From: Nemertoderma westbladi
Lineage: Eukaryota > Animalia > Xenacoelomorpha
DNA: 64,000 bases
Reading direction: 5' to 3'
Assembly: GCA_032718475.1 (NCBI GenBank)
Contig: JAUCBJ010007985.1
Span: 1 to 64,000, forward strand
Under the pieces are notes generated by a model. That model had not been told where the DNA came from, did no database searches, and saw nothing but the letters and a program-made list of their open reading frames with translations. This document shows, in pieces, positions 1 through 13,594 of the stretch. The position numbers and the translations under genes are program-made. Every line of letters begins with the position of its first letter. Positions within the stretch are counted from its first letter, which is position 1.

Positions 1-3000
1 TTGTGTAATAACCCTTGTCCTTTGTGTAATAGCCCGTGTCCTTTGTGTAATAACCCGTGTCCTTTGTATAATAACAGTGTCCTTTGTGTAATAACCCCTG
101 TCCATTGTGTAATAACCCGTATCCTTTGTGTAATAACCCGTGTCCTTTGTGTAATAACCCGTTTCCTTTGTGTAATAACCCGTGTCCTTTGTGTAATAAC
201 CCGTATCCTTTGTGTAATAACCCGTGTCCTCCTTTGTGTAATAACCCGTATCCTTTGTGTAATAACCCGTGTCCTTTGTGTAATAACCCGTGTCCTTGGT
301 GTAATAACCCGTGTCCTCCTTTGTGTAATAACCCGTATCCTTTGTGTAATAACCCGTGTCCTTTGTGTAATAACCCGTGTCCTTTGTGTAATAACCCGTG
401 TCCTTTGTGTAATAACCCGTATCCTTTGTGTAATAACCCGTGTCCTTTGTGTAATAACAGTGTCCTTTGTGTAATAACCCCTGTCCATTGTGTAATAACC
501 CGTATCCTTTGTGTAATAACCCGTGTCCTTTGTGTAATAACCCGTTTCCTTTGTGTAATAACCCGTGTCCTTTGTATAATAACAGTGTCCTTTGTGTAAT
601 AACCCCTGTCCATTGTGTAATAACCCGTATCCTTTGTGTAATAACCCGTGTCCTTTGTGTAATAACCCGTTTCCTTTGTGTAATAACCCGTGTCCTTTGT
701 GTAATAACCCGTATCCTTTGTGTAATAACCCGTGTCCTTTGTGTAATAACCCGTGTCCTTGGTGTAATAACCCGTGTCCTCCTTTGTGTAATAACCCGTA
801 TCCTTTGTGTAATAACCCGTGTCCTTTGTGTAATAACCCGTGTCCTTTGTGTAATAACCCGTGTCCTTTGTGTAATAACCCGTATCCTTTGTGTAATAAC
901 CCGTGTCCTTTGTGTAATACCCAGTGTCCTTTGAGTAATAACCCGTGTCTTTTGTGTAATAACCCGTGTCCTTTGTGTAATAACCCGTGTCCTTTGTGTA
1001 ATAACCCGTGTCCTTTGTGTAATAACCCTTGTCCTTTATGTAATAACCCGTGTCCTTTGTGTAATAACCCGTGTCCTTTGTGTAATAACCCGTGTCCTTT
1101 GTGTAATAACCCGTGTCCTTGTACAATAACCCGTATCCTTTGTGTTATAACCCGTGTCCTTTGTGTAATAACCCGCGTCATTTGTGTAATAACCCGTGTC
1201 CTTTGTGTAATAACCCGTGTCCTTGTACAATAACCCGTGTCCTTTGTGTAATAACCCGTGTCCTTTGTGTACTAACCCGTGTCCTTTGTGCAATAACCCG
1301 TGTCCTTTGTGTAATAACCCGTGTCCTTTGTATAATAACCCGTGTCCTTTGTGTAATAACCCGTATCCTTTGTGTAATAACCCGTGTCCTTTGTGTAATA
1401 ACCCGTGTCCTTTGTGTAATAACCCGTGTCCTTTGTGTAATAACCCGTGTCCTTTGTGTAATAACCCGTTTCCTTGTACAATAACCCGTGTCCTTTGTGT
1501 AATAACCCGTGTCCTTTGTGTAATAACCCGTGTCCTTTGTGTAATAACCCGTGTCCTTTGTGTAATAACCCGTATCCTTTGTGTAATAACCCGTATCCTT
1601 TGTGTAATAACCCGTATCCTTTGTGTAATTACCCGTATCCTTTATGTAATAACCCGTATCCTTTGTGTAATAACCCGTATCCTTTGTGTGATAACCCGTG
1701 TCCTTTGTGTAATAACCCGTATTCTTTGTGTAATAACCCGTATCCTTTGTGTAATTACCCGTATCCTTTGTGTAATAACCCGTGTCCTTTGTGTAATAAC
1801 CCGTGTCCTTTGTGTAATAACCCTTGTCCTTTGTGTAATAGCCCGTGTCCTTTGTGTAATAACCCGTGTCCTTTGTATAATAACAGTGTCCTTTGTGTAA
1901 TAACCCGTGTCCATTGTGTAATAACCCGCATCCTTTGTGTAATAACCCGTGTCCTTTGTGTAATAACCCGTGTCCTTTGTGTAATAACCCGTATCCTTTG
2001 TGTAATAACCCGTGTCCTTTGTGTAATAACCCGTGTCCTTTGTGTAATAACCCGTGTCCTTTGTGTAATAACCCGTGTCCTTTGTGTAATAACCCGTGTC
2101 ATTTGTGTAATAACCCGTGTCTTTGTGTAATAACCCGTGTCCTTTGTGTAATAACCCGTGTCCTTTGAGTAATAAACCGTGTCCTTTGTGTAATAACCCG
2201 TGTCCTTTGTGTAATAACCCGTGTCCTTTGTGTAATAACCCGTGTCCTTGGTGTAATAACCCGTGTCCTCCTTTGTGTAATAACCCGTATCGTTTGTGTA
2301 ATAACCCGTGTCCTTTGTGTAATAACCCGTGTCCTTTGTGTAATAACCCGTGTCCTTTGTGTAATAACCCGTATCCTTTGTGTAATAACCCGTGTCCTTT
2401 GTGTAATACCCCGTGTCCTTTGAGTAATAACCCGTGTCTTTTGTGTAATAACCCGTGTCCTTTGTGTAATAACCCGTGTCCTTTGTGTAATAACCCGTGT
2501 CCTTTGTGTAATAACCATTGTCCTTTATGTAATAACCCGTGTCCTTTGTGTAATAACCCGTGTCCTTTGTGTAATAACCCGTGTCCTTTGTGTAATAACC
2601 CGTGTCCTTGTACAATAACCCGTATCCTTTGTGTTATAACCCGTGTCCTTTGTGTAATAACCCGTGTCCTTTGTGTAATAACCCGTGTCCTTTGTGTAAT
2701 AACCCGTGTCCTTGTACAATAACCCATGTCCTTTGTGTAATAACCCGTGTCCTTTGTGTACTAACCCGTGTCCTTTGTGCAATAACCCGTGTCCTTTGTG
2801 TAATAACCCGTGTCCTTTGTGTAATAACCCGTGTCCTTTGTGTAATAATCCGTATCCTTTGTGTAATAACCCGTGTCCTTTGTGTAATAACCCGTGTCCT
2901 TTGTGTAATAACCCGTGTCCTTTGTGTAATAACCCGTGTCCTTTGTGTAATAACCCTTGTCCTTTGTGTAATAGCCCGTGTCCTTTGTGTAATAACCCGT

Positions 3001-6000
3001 GTCCTTTGTATAATAACAGTGTCCTTTGTGTAATAACCCGTGTCCATTGTGTAATAACCCGTATCCTTTGTGTAATAACCCGTGTCCTTTGTGTAATAAC
3101 CCGTGTCCTTTGTGTAATAACCCGTATCCGTTGTGTAATAACCCGTGTCCTTTGTGTAATAACCCGTGTCCTTGGTGTAATAACCCGTGTCCTCCTTTGT
3201 GTAATAACCCGTATCCTTTGTGTAATAACCCGTGTCCTTTGTGTAATAACCCGTGTCCTTTGTGTAATAACCCGTGTCCTTTGTGTAATAACCCGTATCC
3301 TTTGTGTAATAACCCGTGTCCTTTGTGTAATACCCCGTGTCCTTTGAGTAATAACCCGTGTCTTTTGTGTAATAACCCGTGTCCTTTGTGTAATAACCCG
3401 TGTCCTTTGTGTAATAACCCGTGTCCTTTGTGTAATAACCCTTGTCCTTTATGTAATAACCCGTGTCCTTTGTGTAATAACCCGTGTCCTTTGTGTAATA
3501 ACCCGTGTCCTTTGTGTAATAACCCGTGTCCTTGTACAATAACCCGTATCCTTTGTGTTATAACCCGTGTCCTTTGTGTAATAACCCGTGTCCTTTGTGT
3601 AATAACCCGTGTCCTTTGTGTAATAACCCGTGTCCTTGTACAATAACCCGTGTCCTTTGTGTAATAACCCGTGTCCTTTGTGTACTAACCCGTGTCCTTT
3701 GTGCAATAACCCGTGTCCTTTGTGTAATAACCCGTGTCCTTTGTGTAATAACCCGTGTCCTTTGTGTAATAACCCGTATCCTTTGTGTAATAACCCGTGT
3801 CCTTTGTGTATTAACCCGTGTCCTTTGTGTAATAACCCGTGTCCTTTGTGTAATAACCCGTGTCCTTTGTGTAATAACCCGTTTCCTTGTACAATAACCC
3901 GTGTCCTTTGTGTAATAACCCGTGTCCTTTGTGTAATAACCCGTGTCCTTTGTGTAATAACCCGTGTCCTTGTACAATAACCCGTGTCCTTTGTGTAATA
4001 ACCCGTATCCTTTGTGTAATAACCCGTATCCTTTGTGTAATAACCCGTATCCTTTGTGTAATAACCCGTATCCTTTGTGTAATAACCCGTATCCTTTGTG
4101 TAATTACCCGTATCCTTTGTGTAATAACCCGTATCCTTTGTGTAATAACCCGTATCCTTTGTGTGATAACCCGTGTCCTTTGTGTAATAACCCGTATCCT
4201 TTGTGTAATAACCCATATCCTTTGTGTAATTACCCGTATCCTTTGTGTAATAACCCGTATCCTTTTTGTAATAACCCGTATCCTTTGTGTAATAACACGT
4301 ATCCTTTGTGTAATAACCCGTATCCTTTGTGTAATTACCCGTATCCTTTGTGTAATAACCCGTATCCTTTGTGTAATAACCCGTATCCTTTGTGTAATAA
4401 CCCGTATCCTTTGTGTAATAACCCGTATCCTTTGTGTAATAACCCGTATCCTTTGTGTAATAACCCGTATCCTTTGTGTAATTACCCGTATCCTTTGTGT
4501 AATAACCCGTATCCTTTGTGTAATAACCCGTATCCTTTGTGTAATAACCCGTATCCTTTGTGTAATAACCCGTATCCTTTGTGTAATAACCCGTATCCTT
4601 TGTGTAATAACCCGTGTCCTTTGTGTAATAACCCGTATCCTTTGTGTAATAACCCGTGTCCTTTGTGTAATAACCCGTGTCCTTTGTGTAATAACCCGTG
4701 TCCTTTGTGTAATAACCCGTGTCCTTTGTGTAATAACCCGTTTCCTTGTACAATAACCCGTGTCCTTTGTGTAATAACCCGTGCCCTTTGTGTAATAACC
4801 CGTGTCCTTGTACAATAACCCGTGTCCTTTGTGTAATAACCCGTGTCCTTTGTGTAATAACCCGTATCCTTTGTGTAATAACCCGTATCCTTTGTGTAAT
4901 TACCCGTATCCTTTGTGTAATAACCCGTATCCTTTGTGTAATAACCCGTGTCCTTTGTGTAATAACCCGTATCCTTTGTGTAATAACCCGTGTCCTTTGT
5001 GTAATAACCCGTTTCCTTGTACAATAACCCGTGTCCTTTGTGTAATAACCCGTGTCCTTTGTGTAATAACCCGTGTCCTTGTACAATAACCCGTGTCCTT
5101 TGTGTAATAACCCGTGTTCTTTGTGTAATAACCCGTATCCTTTGTGTAATAACCCGTATCCTTTGTGTAATTACCCGTATCCTTTGTGTAATAACCCGTA
5201 TCCTTTGTGTAATAACCCGTGTCCTTTGTGTAATAACCCGTGTCCTTTGTGTAATAACCCGTTTCCTTGTACAATAACCCGTGTCCTTTGTGTAATAACC
5301 CGTGTCCTTTGTGTAATAACCCGTGTCCTTGTACAATAACCCGTGTCCTTTGTGTAATAACCCGTGTCCTTTGTGTAATAACCCGTGTCCTTGTACAATA
5401 ACCCGTGTCCTTTGTGTAATAACCCGTGTCCTTTGTGTACTAACCCGTGTCCTTTGTGCAATAACCCGTGTCCTTTGTGTAATAACCCGTGTCCTTTGTA
5501 TAATAACCCGTGTCCTTTGTGTAATAACCCGTATCCTTTGTGTAATAACCCGTGTCCTTTGTGTAATAACCCGTGTCCTTTGTGTAATAACCCGTGTCCT
5601 TTGTGTAATAACCCGTGTCCTTTGTGTAATAACCCGTTTCCTTGTACAATAACCCGTGTCCTTTGTGTAATAACCCGTGTCCTTTGTGTAATAACCCGTG
5701 TCCTTTGTGTAATAACCCGTGTCCTTTGTGTAATAACCCGTATCCTTTGTGTAATAACCCGTATCCTTTGTGTAATAACCCGTATCCTTTGTGTAATTAC
5801 CCGTATCCTTTATGTAATAACCCGTATCCTTTGTGTAATAACCCGTATCCTTTGTGTGATAACCCGTGTCCTTTGTGTAATAACCCGTATTCTTTGTGTA
5901 ATAACCCGTATCCTTTGTGTAATTACCCGTATCCTTTGTGTAATAACCCGTGTCCTTTGTGTAATAACCCGTGTCCTTTGTGTAATAACCCTTGTCCTTT

Positions 6001-9000
6001 GTGTAATAGCCCGTGTCCTTTGTGTAATAACCCGTGTCCTTTGTATAATAACAGTGTCCTTTGTGTAATAACCCGTGTCCATTGTGTAATAACCCGCATC
6101 CTTTGTGTAATAACCCGTGTCCTTTGTGTAATAACCCGTTTCCTTGTACAATAACCCGTGTCCTTTGTGTAATAACCCGTGTCCTTTGTGTAATAACCCG
6201 TGTCCTTTGTGTAATAACCCGTGTCCTTGTACAATAACCCGTGTCCTTTGTGTAATAACCCGTATCCTTTGTGTAATAACCCGTATCCTTTGTGTAATAA
6301 CCCGTATCCTTTGTGTAATAACCCGTATCCTTTGTGTAATAACCCGTATCCTTTGTGTAATTACCCGTATCCTTTGTGTAATAACCCGTATCCTTTGTGT
6401 AATAACCCGTATCCTTTGTGTGATAACCCGTGTCCTTTGTGTAATAACCCGTATCCTTTGTGTAATAACCCATATCCTTTGTGTAATTACCCGTATCCTT
6501 TGTGTAATAACCCGTATCCTTTGTGTAATAACCCGTATCCTTTGTGTAATAACACGTATCCTTTGTGTAATAACCCGTATCCTTTGTGTAATTACCCGTA
6601 TCCTTTGTGTAATAACCCGTATCCTTTGTGTAATAACCCGTATCCTTTGTGTAATAACCCGTATCCTTTGTGTAATAACCCGTATCCTTTGTGTAATAAC
6701 CCGTATCCTTTGTGTAATAACCCGTATCCTTTGTGTAATTACCCGTATCCTTTGTGTAATAACCCGTATCCTTTGTGTAATAACCCGTATCCTTTGTGTA
6801 ATAACCCGTATCCTTTGTGTAATAACCCGTATCCTTTGTGTAATAACCCGTATCCTTTGTGTAATAACCCGTGTCCTTTGTGTAATAACCCGTATCCTTT
6901 GTGTAATAACCCGTGTCCTTTGTGTAATAACCCGTGTCCTTTGTGTAATAACCCGTGTCCTTTGTGTAATAACCCGTTTCCTTGTACAATAACCCGTGTC
7001 CTTTGTGTAATAACCCGTGCCCTTTGTGTAATAACCCGTGTCCTTGTACAATAACCCGTGTCCTTTGTGTAATAACCCGTGTCCTTTGTGTAATAACCCG
7101 TATCCTTTGTGTAATAACCCGTATCCTTTGTGTAATTACCCGTATCCTTTGTGTAATAACCCGTATCCTTTGTGTAATAACCCGTGTCCTTTGTGTAATA
7201 ACCCGTATCCTTTGTGTAATAACCCGTGTCCTTTGTGTAATAACCCGTTTCCTTGTACAATAACCCGTGTCCTTTGTGTAATAACCCGTGTCCTTTGTGT
7301 AATAACCCGTGTCCTTGTACAATAACCCGTGTCCTTTGTGTAATAACCCGTGTTCTTTGTGTAATAACCCGTATCCTTTGTGTAATAACCCGTATCCTTT
7401 GTGTAATTACCCGTATCCTTTGTGTAATAACCCGTATCCTTTGTGTAATAACCCGTGTCCTTTGTGTAATAACCCGTGTCCTTTGTGTAATAACCCGTTT
7501 CCTTGTACAATAACCCGTGTCCTTTGTGTAATAACCCGTGTCCTTTGTGTAATAACCCGTGTCCTTGTACAATAACCCGTGTCCTTTGTGTAATAACCCG
7601 TGTCCTTTGTGTAATAACCCGTGTCCTTGTACAATAACCCGTGTCCTTTGTGTAATAACCCGTGTCCTTTGTGTAATAACCCGTATCCTTTGTGTAATAA
7701 CCCGTATCCTTTGTGTAATTACCCGTATCCTTTGTGTAATAACCCGTATCCTTTGTGTAATAACCCGTGTCCTTTGTGTAATAACCCGTGTCCTTTGTGT
7801 AATAACCCGTGTCCTTTGTGTAATAACCCGTATCCTTTGTGTAATAACCCGTGTCCTTTGTGTAATACCCAGTGTCCTTTGAGTAATAACCCGTGTCTTT
7901 TGTGTAATAACCCGTGTCCTTTGTGTAATAACCCGTGTCCTTTGTGTAATAACCCGTGTCCTTTGTGTAATAACCCTTGTCCTTTATGTAATAACCCGTG
8001 TCCTTTGTGTAATAACCCGTGTCCTTTGTGTAATAACCCGTGTCCTTTGTGTAATAACCCGTGTCCTTGTACAATAACCCGTATCCTTTGTGTTATAACC
8101 CGTGTCCTTTGTGTAATAACCCGCGTCATTTGTGTAATAACCCGTGTCCTTTGTGTAATAACCCGTGTCCTTGTACAATAACCCGTGTCCTTTGTGTAAT
8201 AACCCGTGTCCTTTGTGTACTAACCCGTGTCCTTTGTGCAATAACCCGTGTCCTTTGTGTAATAACCCGTGTCCTTTGTATAATAACCCGTGTCCTTTGT
8301 GTAATAACCCGTATCCTTTGTGTAATAACCCGTGTCCTTTGTGTAATAACCCGTGTCCTTTGTGTAATAACCCGTGTCCTTTGTGTAATAACCCGTGTCC
8401 TTTGTGTAATAACCCGTTTCCTTGTACAATAACCCGTGTCCTTTGTGTAATAACCCGTGTCCTTTGTGTAATAACCCGTGTCCTTTGTGTAATAACCCGT
8501 ATCCTTTGTGTAATAACCCATATCCTTTGTGTAATTACCCGTATCCTTTGTGTAATAACCCGTATCCTTTTTGTAATAACCCGTATCCTTTGTGTAATAA
8601 CCCGTATCCTTTGTGTAATAACCCGTATCCTTTGTGTAATTACCCGTATCCTTTATGTAATAACCCGTATCCTTTGTGTAATAACCCGTATCCTTTGTGT
8701 GATAACCCGTGTCCTTTGTGTAATAACCCGTATTCTTTGTGTAATAACCCGTATCCTTTGTGTAATTACCCGTATCCTTTGTGTAATAACCCGTGTCCTT
8801 TGTGTAATAACCCGTGTCCTTTGTGTAATAACCCTTGTCCTTTGTGTAATAGCCCGTGTCCTTTGTGTAATAACCCGTGTCCTTTGTATAATAACAGTGT
8901 CCTTTGTGTAATAACCCGTGTCCATTGTGTAATAACCCGCATCCTTTGTGTAATAACCCGTGTCCTTTGTGTAATAACCCGTTTCCTTGTACAATAACCC

Positions 9001-10796
9001 GTGTCCTTTGTGTAATAACCCGTGTCCTTTGTGTAATAACCCGTGTCCTTTGTGTAATAACCCGTGTCCTTGTACAATAACCCGTGTCCTTTGTGTAATA
9101 ACCCGTATCCTTTGTGTAATAACCCGTATCCTTTGTGTAATAACCCGTATCCTTTGTGTAATAACCCGTATCCTTTGTGTAATAACCCGTATCCTTTGTG
9201 TAATTACCCGTATCCTTTGTGTAATAACCCGTATCCTTTGTGTAATAACCCGTATCCTTTGTGTGATAACCCGTGTCCTTTGTGTAATAACCCGTATCCT
9301 TTGTGTAATAACCCATATCCTTTGTGTAATTACCCGTATCCTTTGTGTAATAACCCGTATCCTTTGTGTAATAACCCGTATCCTTTGTGTAATAACACGT
9401 ATCCTTTGTGTAATAACCCGTATCCTTTGTGTAATTACCCGTATCCTTTGTGTAATAACCCGTATCCTTTGTGTAATAACCCGTATCCTTTGTGTAATAA
9501 CCCGTATCCTTTGTGTAATAACCCGTATCCTTTGTGTAATAACCCGTATCCTTTGTGTAATAACCCGTATCCTTTGTGTAATTACCCGTATCCTTTGTGT
9601 AATAACCCGTATCCTTTGTGTAATAACCCGTATCCTTTGTGTAATAACCCGTATCCTTTGTGTAATAACCCGTATCCTTTGTGTAATAACCCGTATCCTT
9701 TGTGTAATAACCCGTGTCCTTTGTGTAATAACCCGTATCCTTTGTGTAATAACCCGTGTCCTTTGTGTAATAACCCGTGTCCTTTGTGTAATAACCCGTG
9801 TCCTTTGTGTAATAACCCGTGTCCTTTGTGTAATAACCCGTTTCCTTGTACAATAACCCGTGTCCTTTGTGTAATAACCCGTGCCCTTTGTGTAATAACC
9901 CGTGTCCTTGTACAATAACCCGTGTCCTTTGTGTAATAACCCGTGTCCTTTGTGTAATAACCCGTATCCTTTGTGTAATAACCCGTATCCTTTGTGTAAT
10001 TACCCGTATCCTTTGTGTAATAACCCGTATCCTTTGTGTAATAACCCGTGTCCTTTGTGTAATAACCCGTATCCTTTGTGTAATAACCCGTGTCCTTTGT
10101 GTAATAACCCGTTTCCTTGTACAATAACCCGTGTCCTTTGTGTAATAACCCGTGTCCTTTGTGTAATAACCCGTGTCCTTGTACAATAACCCGTGTCCTT
10201 TGTGTAATAACCCGTGTTCTTTGTGTAATAACCCGTATCCTTTGTGTAATAACCCGTATCCTTTGTGTAATTACCCGTATCCTTTGTGTAATAACCCGTA
10301 TCCTTTGTGTAATAACCCGTGTCCTTTGTGTAATAACCCGTGTCCTTTGTGTAATAACCCGTTTCCTTGTACAATAACCCGTGTCCTTTGTGTAATAACC
10401 CGTGTCCTTTGTGTAATAACCCGTGTCCTTGTACAATAACCCGTGTCCTTTGTGTAATAACCCGTGTCCTTTGTGTAATAACCCGTGTCCTTGTACAATA
10501 ACCCGTGTCCTTTGTGTAATAACCCGTGTCCTTTGTGTAATAACCCGTATCCTTTGTGTAATAACCCGTATCCTTTGTGTAATTACCCGTATCCTTTGTG
10601 TAATAACCCGTATCCTTTGTGTAATAACCCGTGTCCTTTGTGTAATAACCCGTATCCTTTGTGTAATAACCCGTGTCCTTTGTGTAATAACCCGTGTCCT
10701 TTGTGTAATAACCCGTGTCCTTTGTGTAATAACCCGTATCCTTTGTGTAATAACCCGTGTCCTTTGTGTAATAACCCGTATCCTTTGTGTAATAAC
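1..10796. repeat. 21-bp tandem minisatellite, consensus TTTGTGTAATAACCCGT(G/A)TCC, left arm (runs off the window start)
   Basis: About 500 head-to-tail units seen directly, with recurrent 19-, 20- and 24-bp variant units. The overlapping ORFs here are just the 7-codon unit read in five stop-free frames. Confidence 0.99.
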
Positions 10797-11338
10797 TGTG
10801 ACGGGATCCAGATAAGATCCCGGTTTATCCGTTTGTCAGTTCACTCGTCCCCGCCGTGTATGAAAGATAAAGGAGTTTGTGCTGTTCGTCGTATATAATA
10901 TTTGGGTATACAGATATAGATATAGGTATAGATATGAGATAATATGGTTGTTGTATACGGAAGGCGGGATACGGTAACTGAAGTCCCGGTACTTCCCTAG
11001 CTAAACTATTTCTACACTAGCACCAATATACTGAGATAACTGAATGCTATGATTACTGCCAACTGGTTATATTGCACGGGTTGGCCTTGTTACTCTACCT
11101 AATCGATGCTTCCTCCCCTCTGATTGGTTGATACCCTTGTTGGCGCCCTTTGGAGTGTTCCCGTTCACTCCAGCTATTCTCTCTCGGTTAGGGGTTTGGC
11201 CCCTGACCCTGGCCGTGTGTTTCTCCTTCCCATTCTGTTGGGGTGACACGAGTGATTGATTGCCAAATCTCGTGTCCCCCAATATTGCTTAATAACCAAC
11301 TTTATGGGTTCGTGTTAGCGGGATTGAATAAGCTAACA
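10797..11338 (-). repeat. Element A 3' LTR (542 bp)
   Basis: Matches 59802-60343 with about 5 substitutions by eye; preceded on the minus strand by a PPT. Confidence 0.97.
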
Positions 11339-11376
11339 CTCCCCCCCATGCTATCTTCCCGGTGAGAAGATAGCAT
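11339..11376 (-). promoter_or_regulatory. Element A polypurine tract (GGGGGGGAG) preceded by an 11-bp perfect hairpin
   Basis: PPT at 11339-11347 abuts the LTR. Inverted repeat ATGCTATCTTC/GAAGATAGCAT at 11348-11358 and 11366-11376. Confidence 0.85.
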
Positions 11377-11965
11377 CCACCTTAAGTGCGCTGCAATCCC
11401 GCTGGATCCCGATCTAGTATCGGGTGTGGGGTGGAATTCTTTTCTCTCGGAGCCGGCTTTCCAGGCCGCTCCCTATGGGTATGATGTCACTACCCGGTTT
11501 GCCTGGCATCCCAAGTCGGGCCGATCGCGCTCGCACGATCACACGACTTTTGTTTCCCCAACACTTTCGCCCTGACTCTACTCTTCTCTCATACAGATTC
11601 TCCTCTCTCTCCCGCTCTAACTCTCGGACCTCCCTGTCCCTCACTCAGTCTCTTATTCCTCCCCCCCCCCCACACTAGAATTGCATCCGCACTCTCTCTG
11701 CATTCCGCACTATTACTCCGTCCCTCTTTGACTACCTTATTCCTTCTGACGAATCTCACCCCCCCCCCCCCCCCAGTGCCGTCGCACTCAAGAAGTGTGA
11801 AATCGTCTGGTGTCTCGTTCGTCATAGTCAGTCCTCCCTGGTCCAGTAGCTAATTGGAAAAGGTTGTACGACTATAGTACTTACTTTGAATGTATATTTA
11901 TGACTAAACTACTGATTACTACGTACATACATACAAATTGCACTTATTTTATTATTTGCATCATT

Positions 11966-13174
11966 TTAATTTGTATTTAATAGTTCGTACGTCCCACGTG
12001 GTGCCTTCCAGGCGTCCCACGTCCAAGTCTCAGTCTCCCCTCGGTTCTCTGGCGTCCACCTGTCCAAATACCTTTGTGTATTTATTACCCCGGCATACGA
12101 CGCCGCCGTCGCTACCTCTTGATAGGTAAACGGTAACCTCCTCTTTATGATCTCCAAGTGAGCCTCCTGGTTGATTTGGAAGAAACCCCACTTAAACTCC
12201 TGGGCCTTCATGCGTTGCCGTGTCATGGCCCCGACGTCGGCCCATTCTTCGAAGATCCTGAACTTCTCCTCATCGTCCATCCAGTCGCACTGGCGTCCGT
12301 AGTGTCCCCGAAAGTTGCACTTCGGACATCGGTTGTGCAACCGTGGACACGCCCCCATCCTGTGGCTCGACTCGCGGCAGTAGAGACAACTAGTCCTTCT
12401 CTGGAATCGGTACAGGCAGTTCCTTTCCTGGTGGGTCTGTCTCCCACAGTAGTCGCAACCGAGTGCCAAGTGGAGTCGCTGGTAGGCGAACTTCTCCACG
12501 TTGGTGTCTCTATCTACGTCGATCTCTCCGCCCCTCTCGGGCATCGTCTCCCCGAATACTACCCGTGGTGCCGTCCCCGGTTGCTCGCCCAACCTGATAG
12601 TGCTCCCCGCGAAATCCATCGCCGGCTCCTCGTGCACCCAGGTCCGCTTGCCGGATCTGTCCCAGAAGGCTCTCGCCCCACTGGCCGTCACCACCCTCCC
12701 GCCAACCCAGTCCGTGTCCGAGTGGCCTATCCTCTCGATGGGCGGCATCTCTCCGAACTCGTCGCCGTCCTCGTCCTCCTCTCGCAGTGGTTCCAACCCC
12801 GGTATCCTGGTGGACCCACTATGTCCCTTCCCGCCTTGGCTCTTGCCCGTAACTCTCCATTCCTCAAGCTCCCCTAGCTTCCTCTGCGGTTGATCGCCCT
12901 TGGCGCCCGCTGGTATGGGCATCGCTTGCAATCCCGACGTCGACTGTTTCGGTGATCCCACCGTCCATCCCAGTTCTTTCCCTAGAGACTCCCCCGAACT
13001 CCCTGACGAAGCCCAACGAAGTTCATCTAAGGCCGCTTGTTCCTCGAAGCCGTAGCTCTGCGCCCTTGCTTCCTCCTCCCTCTCTTCTGCTTCTCTCCTC
13101 TCCCATCTAGTTTGCCTGCCATCTCGAACTCTGCCCGATCGCTCACCCGTAGGTGGTGCCTTGCCAAGGCGCAA
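11966..13174 (-). CDS. Element A accessory (post-pol) ORF with three tandem CCHC zinc knuckles; true start uncertain
   Basis: 402-aa ORF, same sense as pol, between integrase and the 3' LTR. Motifs CDYCGRQTHQERNC, CLYCRESSHRMGAC, CPKCNFRGHYGRQC. No obvious signal peptide or TM segment of an env. Confidence 0.8.
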   Translation of the reverse strand: MRLGKAPPTGERSGRVRDGRQTRWERREAEEREEEARAQSYGFEEQAALDELRWASSGSSGESLGKELGWTVGSPKQSTSGLQAMPIPAGAKGDQPQRKLGELEEWRVTGKSQGGKGHSGSTRIPGLEPLREEDEDGDEFGEMPPIERIGHSDTDWVGGRVVTASGARAFWDRSGKRTWVHEEPAMDFAGSTIRLGEQPGTAPRVVFGETMPERGGEIDVDRDTNVEKFAYQRLHLALGCDYCGRQTHQERNCLYRFQRRTSCLYCRESSHRMGACPRLHNRCPKCNFRGHYGRQCDWMDDEEKFRIFEEWADVGAMTRQRMKAQEFKWGFFQINQEAHLEIIKRRLPFTYQEVATAASYAGVINTQRYLDRWTPENRGETETWTWDAWKAPRGTYELLNTN

Positions 13175-13594
13175 ACGTGGTGAGTGATGGGTTTAGGTGG
13201 TTTAAGTTCAGTTCGATGGCCTATTTCTTTCTGAGTTTCTGAGTTATTGCCCATTCTTACTACTGTTATCATAATTTTGTTCCCCTTCTTAGCCCTATTC
13301 TATTCTATTTTAACTTTATTTTGATTTCAATCCTACTGTCCTACTATTTCTATTATTTGCTACTGCCTATGGGTTATTCTATCTCCTAATCCACATTCTG
13401 GCCTACTCTGTGGGCCTATGCAGTACAACAGTATGCGTCGTGTGGCCACACGATTTATCCAGCTGTACTCATATGCCCCCCTCTTGCTACTAACTACTAA
13501 CTGATATCTATATCTGTATATACCCTACTACCTCTATCTCTTTCTCTTACTAACTAGTACTATATACTTTCTTACTAACTCTTACTCTCCTTAA

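Noticed and set aside
1-10796. CRISPR array or telomeric repeat
   Set aside because: No unique spacers and no cas genes. The array ends internally next to genic sequence and is not a known short telomere motif.
1-10898. Dozens of long ORFs (CNNPCPL, VITRVLC, YYTKDTG, LLHKGHG repeats) resembling metallothionein or keratin-associated proteins
   Set aside because: Artefact of a 21-bp unit that is stop-free in five frames. Frequent 19/20-bp units shift frame, and there is no synonymous-biased variation.
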